DNA from: Deltaproteobacteria bacterium
GTDB taxonomy: Bacteria; Desulfobacterota; QYQD01
Length of the DNA: 44,905 bases
Direction of reading: 5' to 3'
Assembly: GCA_007280345.1 (NCBI GenBank)
Contig: QYQD01000026.1
Location: 1 to 44,905, forward strand
Part shown: positions 7,895 to 17,952 of the stretch, in pieces
Numbering within the stretch: position 1 is the first letter of the stretch
Layout of the letters: each line of letters opens with the position of its first letter
Position numbers and translations under genes: made by a program
The notes under the pieces: model-generated
Database searches by the model: none
What the model was told of the DNA's origin: nothing
The model's input: only the letters and a program-made list of their open reading frames with translations

Positions 7895-9891
7895 TAGCCT
7901 TTCAGTAAAGATAAACCGGCCTCGGCTATGGATTCCGCAGTCAAGCCATATCTCTCGCGAAGCTTCTTTTGACTGCCATGCTCCACAAAACGATCCGGGA
8001 TGCCTATTCGTTTTAAGGGCTTATTTAGGATATGACGGCGTTCAAATAGTTCCAGGATGGCACTGCCGAATCCACCGTCCAGGACGTGTTCTTCTACGGT
8101 CAACACGGCCTTGCTTCGTTGAGCCCTTGAGACGATAAGTTCCTCGTCCAGGGGCTTTACAAACCGGGAGTTGACCACAGCGGCGCTAATCCCTGATTCT
8201 GCCAGTAACTTTGCGGCTTGAACAGCCGTATTGACCGTGACCCCGATCGCCAGTATCAAAATATCGTCGCCTTCCCGTAAAACTTCGGCCTTGCCGATCG
8301 GTATGACGTTCAGGCGCTGATCCAGGGGGATGCCCTCACCGGCTCCCCTCGGGTAGCGCACGGCGGCCGGACCCGGATGTTTAACGGCCGTATAAAGCAT
8401 ATGCTGGAGTTCATTCTCATCCTTAGGGGCCATAACTACCATATTAGGCAGGTGCCGCAAGTAGGCAAAGTCGAAGAGCCCATGATGAGTAGGCCCGTCT
8501 TCGCCTACAATTCCACCCCGGTCCAGGGCAAAAGTTACCGGTAAATTAGAAAGGCAAACGTCATGGGCTATCTGGTCATAGGCCCTTTGCAGGAAAGTGG
8601 AATAGATAGCCACAACCGGTGACAGGCCCTCCGAGGCCAATCCGGCCGCAAAGGTCACGGCATGCTGTTCGGCGATACCCACGTCAAAAAATCTCTCAGG
8701 AAATTTCTCGGAGAAATCATTCAGCCCGGTGCCCTCCGGCATGGCCGCAGTAATAGCCACAACTTTTTTATCTTCAGACGCCAGTCTTATGAGCGTATTT
8801 CCAAAGACCTTGGTGTAACTCATAGGAGAGTTGAGGTTGACTTGAATCTCCCCGGTCTCAATATCAAAAGGTCCCACGCCATGGTAAAGGTCTGGCCTAT
8901 CCTCGGCTGGTTTGTACCCCTTGCCTTTTTTTGTCAATACATGCACCAGCACCGGTCCCTCAAGATGTTCCAGGTTGCGTAAGATCGGGATGAGTTCTCC
9001 AAAATCATGACCGGAAATGGGGCCGATGTATTCAAATCTCAGGGCCTCAAAGAGCATCCCGGGCGTGAAAAATCCCTTGAACGATTCCTCTACCTTCTTA
9101 AGGACATGGATTATATTCTCTCCCACCCCGGACAGTGATTTCAGCCTCCGCTCCACGTCTTTCTTAAACCTTACCATGGTGCGTCCGGTGAGTTTGCGGC
9201 TGAGATACGCCGAGAGGGCCCCGACATTCTTGGATATCGACATCTCATTGTCATTCAGGATAACGATCAGGTTCTTATCCAGGTGTCCGGCCTGATTCAA
9301 TCCTTCGAAGGCCAATCCGGCGGTCATAGACCCATCACCGATGACGGCAATAACCTTGGCCTTTTCTCCTTTAAAGCATTTAGCCGCCGTGATGCCTAAC
9401 GCCGCTGAAATGGAGGTGCTGCTATGGCCGGCGTCGAACGCATCATAGGCGCTTTCGGCCCGTTTAAGAAAGCCGCTGATTCCTCCATCCTGGCGCAGGG
9501 TGTGAAACCGGTCCCGGCGGCCGGTGAGGAGCTTATGGGCATAGGCCTGATGGCCCACATCCCAGATGATCTTGTCGCGCGGAGTATCAAAGACATAATG
9601 CAGGGCGATGGCCAGTTCCACAGTCCCAAGACTTGAGGCCAGGTGGCCGCCATTCTTAGAGACCGTTCGGATTATCTCTTCCCTTATCTCCTGGGCCAGA
9701 AGGGTTAGTTGATTCTCGTTGAGGGACTTCATGTCTGCCGGGCTATTAATGCGAGGGAGTATCGGAGATATAATCACTTCCGCCTCCTTTTCATCGTCGA
9801 TCGGCCTGCCTTTAGCGGAGGGTGTTTTTACCCGCTTTTGAGAGACACCTTGCTTCAAATCCATCCCCTGTGCTACCGCCATCTCTCCCAC
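7894..9891 (-). CDS. dxs: 1-deoxy-D-xylulose-5-phosphate synthase
   Basis: [44 protein letters not shown]; exact start uncertain. Confidence 0.97.
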   Translation of the reverse strand: MGEMAVAQGMDLKQGVSQKRVKTPSAKGRPIDDEKEAEVIISPILPRINSPADMKSLNENQLTLLAQEIREEIIRTVSKNGGHLASSLGTVELAIALHYVFDTPRDKIIWDVGHQAYAHKLLTGRRDRFHTLRQDGGISGFLKRAESAYDAFDAGHSSTSISAALGITAAKCFKGEKAKVIAVIGDGSMTAGLAFEGLNQAGHLDKNLIVILNDNEMSISKNVGALSAYLSRKLTGRTMVRFKKDVERRLKSLSGVGENIIHVLKKVEESFKGFFTPGMLFEALRFEYIGPISGHDFGELIPILRNLEHLEGPVLVHVLTKKGKGYKPAEDRPDLYHGVGPFDIETGEIQVNLNSPMSYTKVFGNTLIRLASEDKKVVAITAAMPEGTGLNDFSEKFPERFFDVGIAEQHAVTFAAGLASEGLSPVVAIYSTFLQRAYDQIAHDVCLSNLPVTFALDRGGIVGEDGPTHHGLFDFAYLRHLPNMVVMAPKDENELQHMLYTAVKHPGPAAVRYPRGAGEGIPLDQRLNVIPIGKAEVLREGDDILILAIGVTVNTAVQAAKLLAESGISAAVVNSRFVKPLDEELIVSRAQRSKAVLTVEEHVLDGGFGSAILELFERRHILNKPLKRIGIPDRFVEHGSQKKLRERYGLTAESIAEAGLSLLKG

Positions 9892-9898
9892 CTACCCT

Positions 9899-10033
9899 TG
9901 ACGGCTTCGTAAAAAAGTCTTTTCACCGCTGAGCACGCAGAGTCCGCAGAGAAAAACTGTAAACCATTCAATATGTTATCTCAGCGTCCTCGGCGACCTC
10001 TGCGGTAAACTTTTACTTTTTACGAAATCATCA
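9899..10033. mobile_element. MITE-like element with nested palindromic repeat
   Basis: Ends TGACGGCTTCGTAAAAAAGT and (reverse complement) TGATGATTTCGTAAAAAGT; internal ACCGCTGAGCACGCAGAG...CTCGGCGACCTCTGCGGT; right end contains the ispA stop codon. Confidence 0.65.
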
Positions 10034-10921
10034 CTTTTTTCTATCTAAAGTATAGTGGGCTATGGCCCGAAGGGGCTCAGCCTCGGCCCCAAACCCACGC
10101 AGGCTATCTATGGCCTCTTCAACGAGCCTACCGGCTATGCCCCTGGATTCCTCAAGCCCATAAACAGATGGATAGGTAGCCTTCTTTTTTCTTATATCAC
10201 TACCCGTAGCCTTACCCATCTCTTTTGGATCACCCTCGACATCCAGAATATCATCAATTACCTGAAAAGCCAGTCCCAGGGCCTCTCCATAACGCCCTAA
10301 CGCCTTTATCTTATTCCGACGGCCGCCCGCTATCAAGGCCCCGGCTTGAATCGAACCGGCGATAAGGGCTGCGGTCTTATGCGTATGAATGTACCGGACG
10401 GTCCCGGCATCCGCGTCTTTACCTTCGGAAGCCATATCCACAACCTGGCCGCCCACCATACCGTGCACTCCCGCGGCCCGGGCTATCACCTGGGTGGCCT
10501 CGATGGGATTGGACTTACGCCTCCCCGCATTATGTGAGACGCCGGACAGTAGTTGAAAAGCAAAAGTAAGAAGGCCGTCACCGGCCAGTATGGCCATAGC
10601 CTCTCCAAAGACCTTGTGGCAGGTTGGCGCCCCGCGACGATAGTCGTCATCATCCATAGCCGGCAGGTCATCGTGAATGAGCGAATAGGTGTGAATACAT
10701 TCCAGGGCACAGGCCACAGGTAACGCCTGTTCTATATCTCCGCCCATGGCCTCGCAGGCGGCCAGGCACAGGATTGGCCGCACCCGTTTGCCCCCCGCAA
10801 AAACGCTGTAGCGCATAGCCCGCATAACTTCCCCGGCCGGACCTTCTTCCTTTGGCAGGTATCTATCCAGGACCTGGTCAACCAACGCCCTGCGCTCAGC
10901 AATATAGGTCTTTAAATCCAC
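10031..10921 (-). CDS. ispA: Farnesyl diphosphate synthase / geranyltranstransferase
   Basis: GGKRVRP, SLIHDDLPAMDDDDYRRG, FQVIDDILD, KATYP. Confidence 0.96.
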   Translation of the reverse strand: MDLKTYIAERRALVDQVLDRYLPKEEGPAGEVMRAMRYSVFAGGKRVRPILCLAACEAMGGDIEQALPVACALECIHTYSLIHDDLPAMDDDDYRRGAPTCHKVFGEAMAILAGDGLLTFAFQLLSGVSHNAGRRKSNPIEATQVIARAAGVHGMVGGQVVDMASEGKDADAGTVRYIHTHKTAALIAGSIQAGALIAGGRRNKIKALGRYGEALGLAFQVIDDILDVEGDPKEMGKATGSDIRKKKATYPSVYGLEESRGIAGRLVEEAIDSLRGFGAEAEPLRAIAHYTLDRKK

Positions 10922-11155
10922 TTACACATTCCCTTCCGACTCAAAGGGCTTGGTCAATAACTTACCGCCTTCGCCTTTTACCAGAAGTTCAATCTTCTTC
11001 TCTGCTTCATCAAGTTTACGGAGACAAAACTGTGAAAGTTTAACCCCTTCTTCAAATTTTTTCAACGATTCTTCGAGAGATAGATCGCCGGCCTCCAGCG
11101 CCCGGACGATCTCTTCTAACTTCTGCATGGCCTCTTCAAAATTCTCTTTGCCCAT
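10922..11155 (-). CDS. xseB: Exodeoxyribonuclease VII small subunit
   Basis: FEEAMQKLEEIVRALEAGDLSLEESLKKFEEG; start taken at MGKEN. Confidence 0.95.
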   Translation of the reverse strand: MGKENFEEAMQKLEEIVRALEAGDLSLEESLKKFEEGVKLSQFCLRKLDEAEKKIELLVKGEGGKLLTKPFESEGNV

Positions 11156-11223
11156 TAGACCCCCCCAGAAAAATCTCAAAATTGAGATTTGGTATCAGTT
11201 TAGCTGTTTGAAAGAGTATTCTT

Positions 11224-11300
11224 AAATCCCTCCCAACCTCCCTTTTCCAAAGGGAGGAGAAACACTTCCCCCTTTGGAAAAGGGGGATTGAGAGGGATTT
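11224..11300. repeat. Double-hairpin palindromic element, copy 3
   Basis: aaatccctcccaacctcccttttccaaagggagg...ccccctttggaaaagggggattgagagggattt. Confidence 0.8.
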
Positions 11301-11372
11301 TGGCTCTTATAGCGCCTTGCTTAGGCATATTTTTCAAAAACCTAAAGTGTTACAAGATTTGAAATTTGAAAT

Positions 11373-12257
11373 CTATTTGTCAGCAATCATAGCCGTGGCC
11401 TCGATGAGGGATAGCGGGTCCACCCTTGCGCCACAAATAACCGCGCCCCAGTGCAGATGCGGCCCGGTAGCCCTTCCTGTAGCCCCTACTTCTCCAAGTG
11501 AATCTCCTTTGGCCACCTGCTGCCCTTCTTTCACCGCCGCTTTTGAGAGGTGACAGTATATAGTAAACACCCCCTGGCCATGATCCAAAATAACCGTACT
11601 GCCCAGGAGATAAAAATCACCGGCCAGTGCTATACGTCCACTGTTCGCACAACGGATCGGCGTCCCCTCTGTTCCCCGGATATCAACACCCAGATGACGA
11701 CTGCGCTCCTCGCCGTTTAAGATGCGCCTGCTGCCGAATAAACCGACGATATCACCCGCCACGGGTTTAATAAAACCTCCGTTCCAGAGCAGAGACGCGC
11801 TGGTTTTCTCAAAAACCGCATCTACGGCCTTCTTTTCGTCTTGTATGCGCTTAAGTATTTCCTCTGGAAACGTAACCATCTTTTCAGGCAAGGTAAGTTC
11901 CTCTACAGGAAACTCATAGGGTTGCACCTCCACCTGGATGGTTATCACCTTCTTTGTACCATGATGGACGTGCTGATACTCGATGGTGAGCGGATATTTC
12001 CCCGGCGGTGTGGATATGTCCACCGGTAGTAAGGCCGTCAGTCTTCCCAAACCGGGGTGAAAATAAACCGGACGACCAAGAAAGGCGCCCGCCTTAGGCG
12101 GGGTAGCAGGTACATCGCTAATAGAAAAGAGACCTACCTGCCCTATGGCCAGCTTAGCCGGGTGGAGGCTCCAGACGTGACTTTCATCGGCATAAGAAAC
12201 CGTCCCCGAAAAACCAATCGCCAGGAAAAAATAGAGAACAAAAATAAGCGCTTTCAT
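11373..12257 (-). CDS. M23-family metallopeptidase (secreted)
   Basis: Signal peptide; HLGVD, YCHLS, TGPHLHW; ATGA overlap with the xseA stop. Confidence 0.92.
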   Translation of the reverse strand: MKALIFVLYFFLAIGFSGTVSYADESHVWSLHPAKLAIGQVGLFSISDVPATPPKAGAFLGRPVYFHPGLGRLTALLPVDISTPPGKYPLTIEYQHVHHGTKKVITIQVEVQPYEFPVEELTLPEKMVTFPEEILKRIQDEKKAVDAVFEKTSASLLWNGGFIKPVAGDIVGLFGSRRILNGEERSRHLGVDIRGTEGTPIRCANSGRIALAGDFYLLGSTVILDHGQGVFTIYCHLSKAAVKEGQQVAKGDSLGEVGATGRATGPHLHWGAVICGARVDPLSLIEATAMIADK

Positions 12258-13594
12258 TCCATCACCTTTTCCACCCGGCAAAACAATTTTCCTTTAGAAA
12301 GCCCCACCCTGACCTGGGAATTAATGGCTACGTCTTTTGTATCGCGCAGGATTTTTCCATCCGGCCATAATTCGGTTATGCTGTAACCCCGGCCAAGGAT
12401 GGCCAGAGGGTTAGCGCCTTCCAGACGGGCCGCGAGTTCCCGGAAGCGGGCATCCTGCTGCGCCAGATGCTGCCCTGTTTTTACCTCTAATTCTCTTCTT
12501 AAGGTATCCACTCTGAACCGGGCCGTCCGTATCTGTTCACGTGGATGGCGCTCCCCAAGGCGAAGGAGATAGCTGTAGAGCAAGCGGTGCAGGCTTTGTA
12601 TCTGACTTAAAAGATTATGCCTCATCTCCAGGCAGAAAGTATCTACCTTCAGACGGCCGTCCTGAATGCGGCCCCTTACCCTGGCCAATCTCGTTATAAA
12701 ATGGGCCAGCCTTTCTTTAAAAAGGGCGTGTTCTCTCCCCGCCGCCCTGGTAAGACGGAGCTGCAACATGCCGATCTGATAACTTAAATCATCCTTTTTG
12801 GGCACGACAAGTTCGGCCGCAGCCGTAGGGGTAGCCGCCCGGATATCGGCCACAAAATCGGAAATAGTAAAGTCGATCTCATGCCCCACTGCGGAGACTA
12901 CCGGAATTTTCGAGGTAGAAATGGCCCTGGCCAGGACCTCCTCATTAAAGGCCCAGAGATCCTCAAACGACCCGCCGCCGCGAGCCAGTACTATGACATC
13001 TATACCCTTCAACCTATTAAGGCCAAAAATGGCCTCAGCCATCTCCTTCGCCGCTCCTTCACCCTGCACGCGGGTGGGATATACGAGAATATTCACATTG
13101 GCGAAACGGGCGCAGGCCGTGCGCAGGAAGTCATAGAGGGCCGCGCCGGTAATCGAGCTTATGACGGCTATACGGTCAGGGAGTAGGGGCGGTTTCTTTT
13201 TCCGCTCTGCGGCAAAAAGGCCTTCCTTTTCCAGCCGTTGCTTGAGCTGGAGAAAGGCCTGCTGCAAGGCGCCAACCCCTCTTGGCTCCATGTGGTCAAT
13301 GATGAGCTGGTATTCCCCGCGTGCCTCATAAACGCTAACGCGTCCCTGGCAGACTACATACATCCCGTCTTCCGGTTGAAAACGGAGATAGCGCCTGTTA
13401 ATCCTGAAGAGCACGGTCTTTATCTGGGCGGTTTCATCTTTTAAGGTGAAATACATGGTACCGGACGAGATCTCGCGCAGATTTGATATTTCACCTTCTA
13501 CCCAGACAAAGGAAAAATTGGCCTCGACCAGGAACTTAATCGACTGCGTTAAGGCGGAAACGGTTAAAACCTTCTTTTCCGGTCTCTCGATCAT
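12254..13594 (-). CDS. xseA: Exodeoxyribonuclease VII large subunit
   Basis: WVEGEISN, YFTLKD, RGGGSFEDLWAFN, GHEIDFT, TPTAAAE. Confidence 0.97.
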   Translation of the reverse strand: MIERPEKKVLTVSALTQSIKFLVEANFSFVWVEGEISNLREISSGTMYFTLKDETAQIKTVLFRINRRYLRFQPEDGMYVVCQGRVSVYEARGEYQLIIDHMEPRGVGALQQAFLQLKQRLEKEGLFAAERKKKPPLLPDRIAVISSITGAALYDFLRTACARFANVNILVYPTRVQGEGAAKEMAEAIFGLNRLKGIDVIVLARGGGSFEDLWAFNEEVLARAISTSKIPVVSAVGHEIDFTISDFVADIRAATPTAAAELVVPKKDDLSYQIGMLQLRLTRAAGREHALFKERLAHFITRLARVRGRIQDGRLKVDTFCLEMRHNLLSQIQSLHRLLYSYLLRLGERHPREQIRTARFRVDTLRRELEVKTGQHLAQQDARFRELAARLEGANPLAILGRGYSITELWPDGKILRDTKDVAINSQVRVGLSKGKLFCRVEKVME

Positions 13595-13763
13595 GGAGGA
13601 AAACTAGCATAAATCATCCTATATGGCAATGTAATTGCCCTTTACTGAAAACCCCTAAGCGCCGATTTAAAAAATGAGGTTATTTTTTTATTTCAATTAA
13701 TGTATAATCTCAGACCGTGAGACTATCTAGTGTTCATCCGGAAATTTCTGTTTCCGGATTCAA

Positions 13764-13860
13764 GCTTTCAGCGATTAGCTGTCAGCATGTTTGTTATCCG
13801 TTATCCGTTATCCGTTGTCCGACATTTTCTTTCGGTAAACGGTCAACAGTGAACGGTGGA
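13764..13860. repeat. Cluster of heptamer tandem arrays
   Basis: gctttca gcgatta gctgtca; gttatcc x3 + gttgtcc; cggtaaa cggtcaa cagtgaa cggtgga. Confidence 0.65.
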
Positions 13861-13907
13861 CCGGCTTCATGCCGATAGCTGAATGCTGTAAACCAACCGA
13901 GGAGAGC

Positions 13908-14984
13908 ATGGAAAACATAAAGGCCCTGGTCCTTTCCGGCGGGAGGGGAACCAGACTGCGGCCGTTGACGCACACTATGGCCAAGCAGCTTGTGCCCGTG
14001 GCCAATAAACCCATACTGGGCTATGTCTTTGAACATATTAAGGAGGCCGGCATAAAAGATGTCGGGGTTATCGTGGCCCCCGAAACCCAGGCAGAGGTAA
14101 AGACCTATCTGGGCCATGGAGAAAAATGGGACGTGAAGATTACTTATATTCTCCAAAAAGAACCTCTGGGTCTGGCCCATGCCGTAAAAACAGCGCAAAA
14201 ATTCCTTAAGGAATCGCCTTTTGTCATGTATCTGGGAGATAACCTCCTCGGTAAAGGCATAAAAGAGGCCCTGGACAAGTTTCGTAAGACGGCATGCGAT
14301 GCCCTCCTATTCCTGAAAAAGGTCCCTAACCCGGGGGCCTTCGGCGTGGCCGTGCTCAATGGTAAGGGACGCATTAAAAAACTCATTGAAAAACCAAAAA
14401 ACCCCCCCTCCAACCTGGCCCTGGTGGGCGTCTATCTCTTTTCCCCGCGCATACACGAGGCTATCGATCGTATCCAGCCTTCCTGGCGCGGTGAGTTAGA
14501 GATAACCGATGCCATACAGGAACTCATTAACATGGGCGCGCGGGTGGAAGGAGAGGTCCTTGACTGCTGGTGGCTCGACACCGGTAAGAAAGACGATTTT
14601 CTGGCCGCGAATACGACCGTACTCGATGACTACGTTAAACGCCAGGTCGATGGTTTTGTCGATGAAAAGAGCGAAGTCTCAGGTCGCGTCCATGTCGATG
14701 CCACGGCCAGGGTAATAAACAGCGTCATACGCGGTCCGGTCATAATAGGGCCGGGGGTCGAGATTGTCGATTCCTTCATCGGCCCTTATACAAGCATAGG
14801 CGAAGGAACCCGTATCACCAATTCGGTTATCGAGCATTCCGTTATTCTTTCCCAGGTCATTGTTGAAGGCGTCCCGCGCCTGGAAGATAGTATCCTGGGC
14901 CGGGAGGCAAAGGTTATCAAAAATCAGACCCGGCACAAGGCCCTGCGCCTCATGGTGGGTGACCAGTCACTGGTGGAGGTATGA
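13908..14984 (+). CDS. rfbA: Glucose-1-phosphate thymidylyltransferase (long form)
   Basis: LSGGRGTRLRPLT, KQLVPVANKP, LGDN, RGELEITDA, C-terminal beta-helix repeats; SD GGAG before ATG 13908. Confidence 0.93.
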   Translation: MENIKALVLSGGRGTRLRPLTHTMAKQLVPVANKPILGYVFEHIKEAGIKDVGVIVAPETQAEVKTYLGHGEKWDVKITYILQKEPLGLAHAVKTAQKFLKESPFVMYLGDNLLGKGIKEALDKFRKTACDALLFLKKVPNPGAFGVAVLNGKGRIKKLIEKPKNPPSNLALVGVYLFSPRIHEAIDRIQPSWRGELEITDAIQELINMGARVEGEVLDCWWLDTGKKDDFLAANTTVLDDYVKRQVDGFVDEKSEVSGRVHVDATARVINSVIRGPVIIGPGVEIVDSFIGPYTSIGEGTRITNSVIEHSVILSQVIVEGVPRLEDSILGREAKVIKNQTRHKALRLMVGDQSLVEV

Positions 14985-14988
14985 GGTT

Positions 14989-15087
14989 CAGAAGGCAGAA
15001 TACAGAAGACAGAAGGCAGGAAAGCCAGAGAGCCAGAAAGCAGAAAAGCGGGAAAGCTATGAGCCATGAGTTATGAGCTAAGAGCAG
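14989..15087. repeat. Short tandem arrays between rfbA and rfbC
   Basis: cagaagg cagaata cagaaga cagaagg; aaagccag agagccag; tatgagc catgagt tatgagc taagagc. Confidence 0.7.
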
Positions 15088-15094
15088 GTGGAAG

Positions 15095-15577
15095 ATGACA
15101 GGTTTTAAGAACGGAATCATCGAAGGGGTCATAGTAAAGGATATTAAAAAGCATGTAGATGAACGCGGCTGGCTGGTGGAATGTTTTCGCCACGACGAAG
15201 TACCCCCAGTGATTCGTCCGGCCATGGCCTATGTCTCAATTACCCTGCCCGGCGTTGCGCGCGGTCCGCATGAACATGTCGAACAAACAGACTATTTCTG
15301 TTTTCTTGGGCCGGGCGATTTTAAGGTCGTCCTCTGGGATAATCGCAAGGAATCCCCCACGGTTAACGTTAAACAGATCATCTTCGCCGGTGAAGATAAT
15401 CCAAAGATAGTTATTGTCCCTCCCGGCGTAGTGCACGGATATAAAAATATTGGAAATACAGATGGACAGGTATTAAACTTTCCCAATCGGCTTTATGCCG
15501 GGACGGGGCGAACACAAAAAGTGGACGAGATACGCCACGAGGCGAGCGCTTTATCCCCTTTCAAAATGGACGAGTAA
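15095..15577 (+). CDS. rfbC: dTDP-4-dehydrorhamnose 3,5-epimerase
   Basis: DERGWLVE, PGVARGPHEH, VPPGVVHGY; rml context. Confidence 0.9.
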   Translation: MTGFKNGIIEGVIVKDIKKHVDERGWLVECFRHDEVPPVIRPAMAYVSITLPGVARGPHEHVEQTDYFCFLGPGDFKVVLWDNRKESPTVNVKQIIFAGEDNPKIVIVPPGVVHGYKNIGNTDGQVLNFPNRLYAGTGRTQKVDEIRHEASALSPFKMDE

Positions 15578-15582
15578 ATACT

Positions 15583-16605
15583 ATGCATATACTAATAACC
15601 GGTGGCTGCGGATTTATCGCAAGTAATTTTGTTCATTACCTCCTTGAGCGTTATGATTATCGCATCATTAACCTGGACGCCCTGACCTATGCGGGTAATC
15701 CGGAAAACCTAAGGGAGTTTGAAAACAACCCTCGCTATAAATTCATCCATGGCCGCATCGAGGACGTCAAGACCGTCAAAAAGGCCCTCGGGGGGGTGGA
15801 CCGGGTCGTGCACTTTGCGGCTGAAAGCCACGTTGACCGTTCTATAACCAATGCCCAGCCCTTCATACAGACCAACGTAGCCGGCACGCAGGTGCTCCTG
15901 GATGCCTGCCGGCAGGCAAAAATCGACCGGTTTATCCATGTCTCCACGGATGAGGTCTATGGAAGCCTCGGCGATAAGGACCGCTTTACGGAAACCACCC
16001 CGCTTGCCCCCAATAGCCCTTATGCCGCCTCCAAGGCCGCATCTGACCTCCTGGTGCGGGCAACCGCTAAAACCCACGGCCTTCCGGCCATAATCACCCG
16101 CTGCTCAAATAACTACGGCCCTTACCAGTTCCCGGAAAAACTCATCCCCCTTATGATCACCAATGCCCTGGAAGACAAACCGCTGCCGGTCTATGGCGAC
16201 GGACTGAACGTGCGGGACTGGATACACGTAACCGATCACTGCGCAGCCCTGGATACCGTCCTCCATAGAGGGATAGTAGGCGAGACCTACAATATCGGCG
16301 GTGAGTCGGAACGAAAAAATATTGATGTGGTAAAGACGATCCTCCGTTTACTTGAAAAATCCGAGTCCCTGATTACCTTTGTCGATGATCGCCCCGGACA
16401 TGACCGGCGCTATGCCATGGACATAAAAAAAATCAAACGCCAGCTTAAGTGGAGCCCCGCAGTCACCTTTGAAAAGGGCCTCGAACTCACCATAGACTGG
16501 TACCGGCGAAATGAAAAATGGTGGCGCCGGGTCAAAAGCGGCAGGTACAGACAGTATTACCAGAAAATGTACGGTCAGAGGCTGGCAGAAGGCAAGAAGC
16601 CGTGA
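15583..16605 (+). CDS. rfbB: dTDP-glucose 4,6-dehydratase
   Basis: TGGCGFI, DALTYAGN, AAESHVDRS, STDEVYG, YAASK, DRPGHDRRY. Confidence 0.97.
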   Translation: MHILITGGCGFIASNFVHYLLERYDYRIINLDALTYAGNPENLREFENNPRYKFIHGRIEDVKTVKKALGGVDRVVHFAAESHVDRSITNAQPFIQTNVAGTQVLLDACRQAKIDRFIHVSTDEVYGSLGDKDRFTETTPLAPNSPYAASKAASDLLVRATAKTHGLPAIITRCSNNYGPYQFPEKLIPLMITNALEDKPLPVYGDGLNVRDWIHVTDHCAALDTVLHRGIVGETYNIGGESERKNIDVVKTILRLLEKSESLITFVDDRPGHDRRYAMDIKKIKRQLKWSPAVTFEKGLELTIDWYRRNEKWWRRVKSGRYRQYYQKMYGQRLAEGKKP

Positions 16606-17456
16606 GAATCATGGTCCTGGGAGCGGCCGGTATGCTTGGCGCCGATGTCGTCAGAGTTTTGGCCGATGTACGCCCCGGCGCATCTACGACTCACCAGGTA
16701 CTACCGCGCACCCGCAATGACTGGGATATAACTGACCCCATGGCCTGCCGGGCAGATATTACCGCCATAAAGCCTGATGTGGTCATAAACTGCGCGGCAT
16801 TTACTAAGGTAGATGACTGCGAAAGCCGGCCGGATAAGGCATTTTTGGTCAATGGCGAGGCGGTAAAACATATTGCCGGGGCCTGCCAGACAGTCAATAG
16901 CCGCCTTATCCAGATCAGCACTGATTATGTCTTCGACGGCGCAAAAGGCGCGCCTTACCGGGAGGAAGACACACCTAACCCCATCAACGTATATGGCCGG
17001 TCCAAATTAAAGGGCGAAGAATACGCCTTGAAAATCGAAGGCTCCCTGGTTATTCGCGCCTCCTGGCTCTATGGCCGGAACGGCCCTAATTTTGTGGATA
17101 CCATCCTTCACCTGGCAAAAGAGAAGAAGACACTTACCGTGGTCGATGACCAGTTCGGGTCTCCTACTTATACCTCTGATCTGGCCGGGGCTATCGCCAA
17201 GCTGGTGCAAAAAGAATTGACCGGCATCATCCATATAACCAATAGCGGCGTCTGCTCCTGGTATGAATTTGCCCGGGAGATCTTGAAAATTGCCGGCAAA
17301 GAGGATGTCTCTGTTGCGGCCATAAAAACTACGGTAATAAATCGCCCGGCGAATCGGTCTCAGTTCTCTGCACTCGATAATAGCCGTTATATCTCTATTA
17401 CCGGTCAGCCTCTCCGACCCTGGCCGGAGGCGCTGGCTGAGTACCTTGTCGGATAG
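16602..17456 (+). CDS. rfbD: dTDP-4-dehydrorhamnose reductase
   Basis: GAAGMLG, NCAAFTKVD, STDYVFDG, YGRSK, DDQFGSPT; GTGA overlap with rfbB. Confidence 0.96.
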   Translation: MRIMVLGAAGMLGADVVRVLADVRPGASTTHQVLPRTRNDWDITDPMACRADITAIKPDVVINCAAFTKVDDCESRPDKAFLVNGEAVKHIAGACQTVNSRLIQISTDYVFDGAKGAPYREEDTPNPINVYGRSKLKGEEYALKIEGSLVIRASWLYGRNGPNFVDTILHLAKEKKTLTVVDDQFGSPTYTSDLAGAIAKLVQKELTGIIHITNSGVCSWYEFAREILKIAGKEDVSVAAIKTTVINRPANRSQFSALDNSRYISITGQPLRPWPEALAEYLVG

Positions 17457-17589
17457 AAGCCGGGGGTTTGTTTTATTATTAGGCGGTGCGTGAGTTAGGT
17501 ATGACTCTGACTGATTTAGCCGGGCAAATGGGAATGAGTGCGCCGGCGGTAGAAAGGATTTTGAGCAGTCGAATCTATCATCAGTGAGG

Positions 17590-17636
17590 TTCACCCCGTT
17601 GAATTTCCCTAAGGGAACCCTATTCAACAGGGTGAA
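17590..17636. repeat. Palindromic hairpin element
   Basis: TTCACCCCGTTGAAT...ATTCAACAGGGTGAA (14/15 inverted match) with internal TTCCCTAAGGGAA. Confidence 0.65.
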
Positions 17637-17682
17637 GAGATTAGGCCGAAAGGAGTTCCTGCCAGAAGGAATGACCCTTGCC

Positions 17683-17777
17683 GTAGGAGCAGCATCCCTG
17701 CTGCGATAAGACTCAGTCGCACTGCCCGCCCGCCATCGCTTTCGCTCAGGCGAAGCGGGCGGGGAAGGTGCTCCTAC
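17683..17777. repeat. GTAG REP doublet (REPIN-like) with nested hairpin
   Basis: GTAGGAGCA...TGCTCCTAC inverted ends; internal CCCGCCCGC...GCGGGCGGG. Confidence 0.6.
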
Positions 17778-17839
17778 AGAAGAGGCATGAAATTAACATC
17801 CAGTAAAATAGACGGTGGATTTGGGTGGCCATTTCCCCC

Positions 17840-17868
17840 TTGACACACCATCGCCTTCTTCCTATACT
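17840..17868 (+). promoter_or_regulatory. Sigma-70 promoter of the five-gene operon
   Basis: TTGACA-17 bp-TATACT. Confidence 0.75.
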
Positions 17869-17952
17869 CTCTCATCAAAAAAGCGAGTTCTTATCAAAGA
17901 AACAAGGGGGTATGAGGAAACAAACAGTCAGTAAATTCGCAAAGGAAGGGAA

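Noticed and set aside
9760-9891. N-terminal extension of Dxs as a novel domain
   Set aside because: Low-complexity and charged, and the start codon is uncertain; no evidence of a folded domain.
13869-13907. Longer N-termini given by the ORF track for rfbA (also rfbD, xseB, M23, DsrE)
   Set aside because: Downstream starts have SD sequences or stop/start overlaps and fit family lengths better.
17007-17627. 206-aa minus-strand ORF and the many other short antisense ORFs in the track
   Set aside because: They overlap well-supported genes on the opposite strand or frame and show no recognisable motifs.
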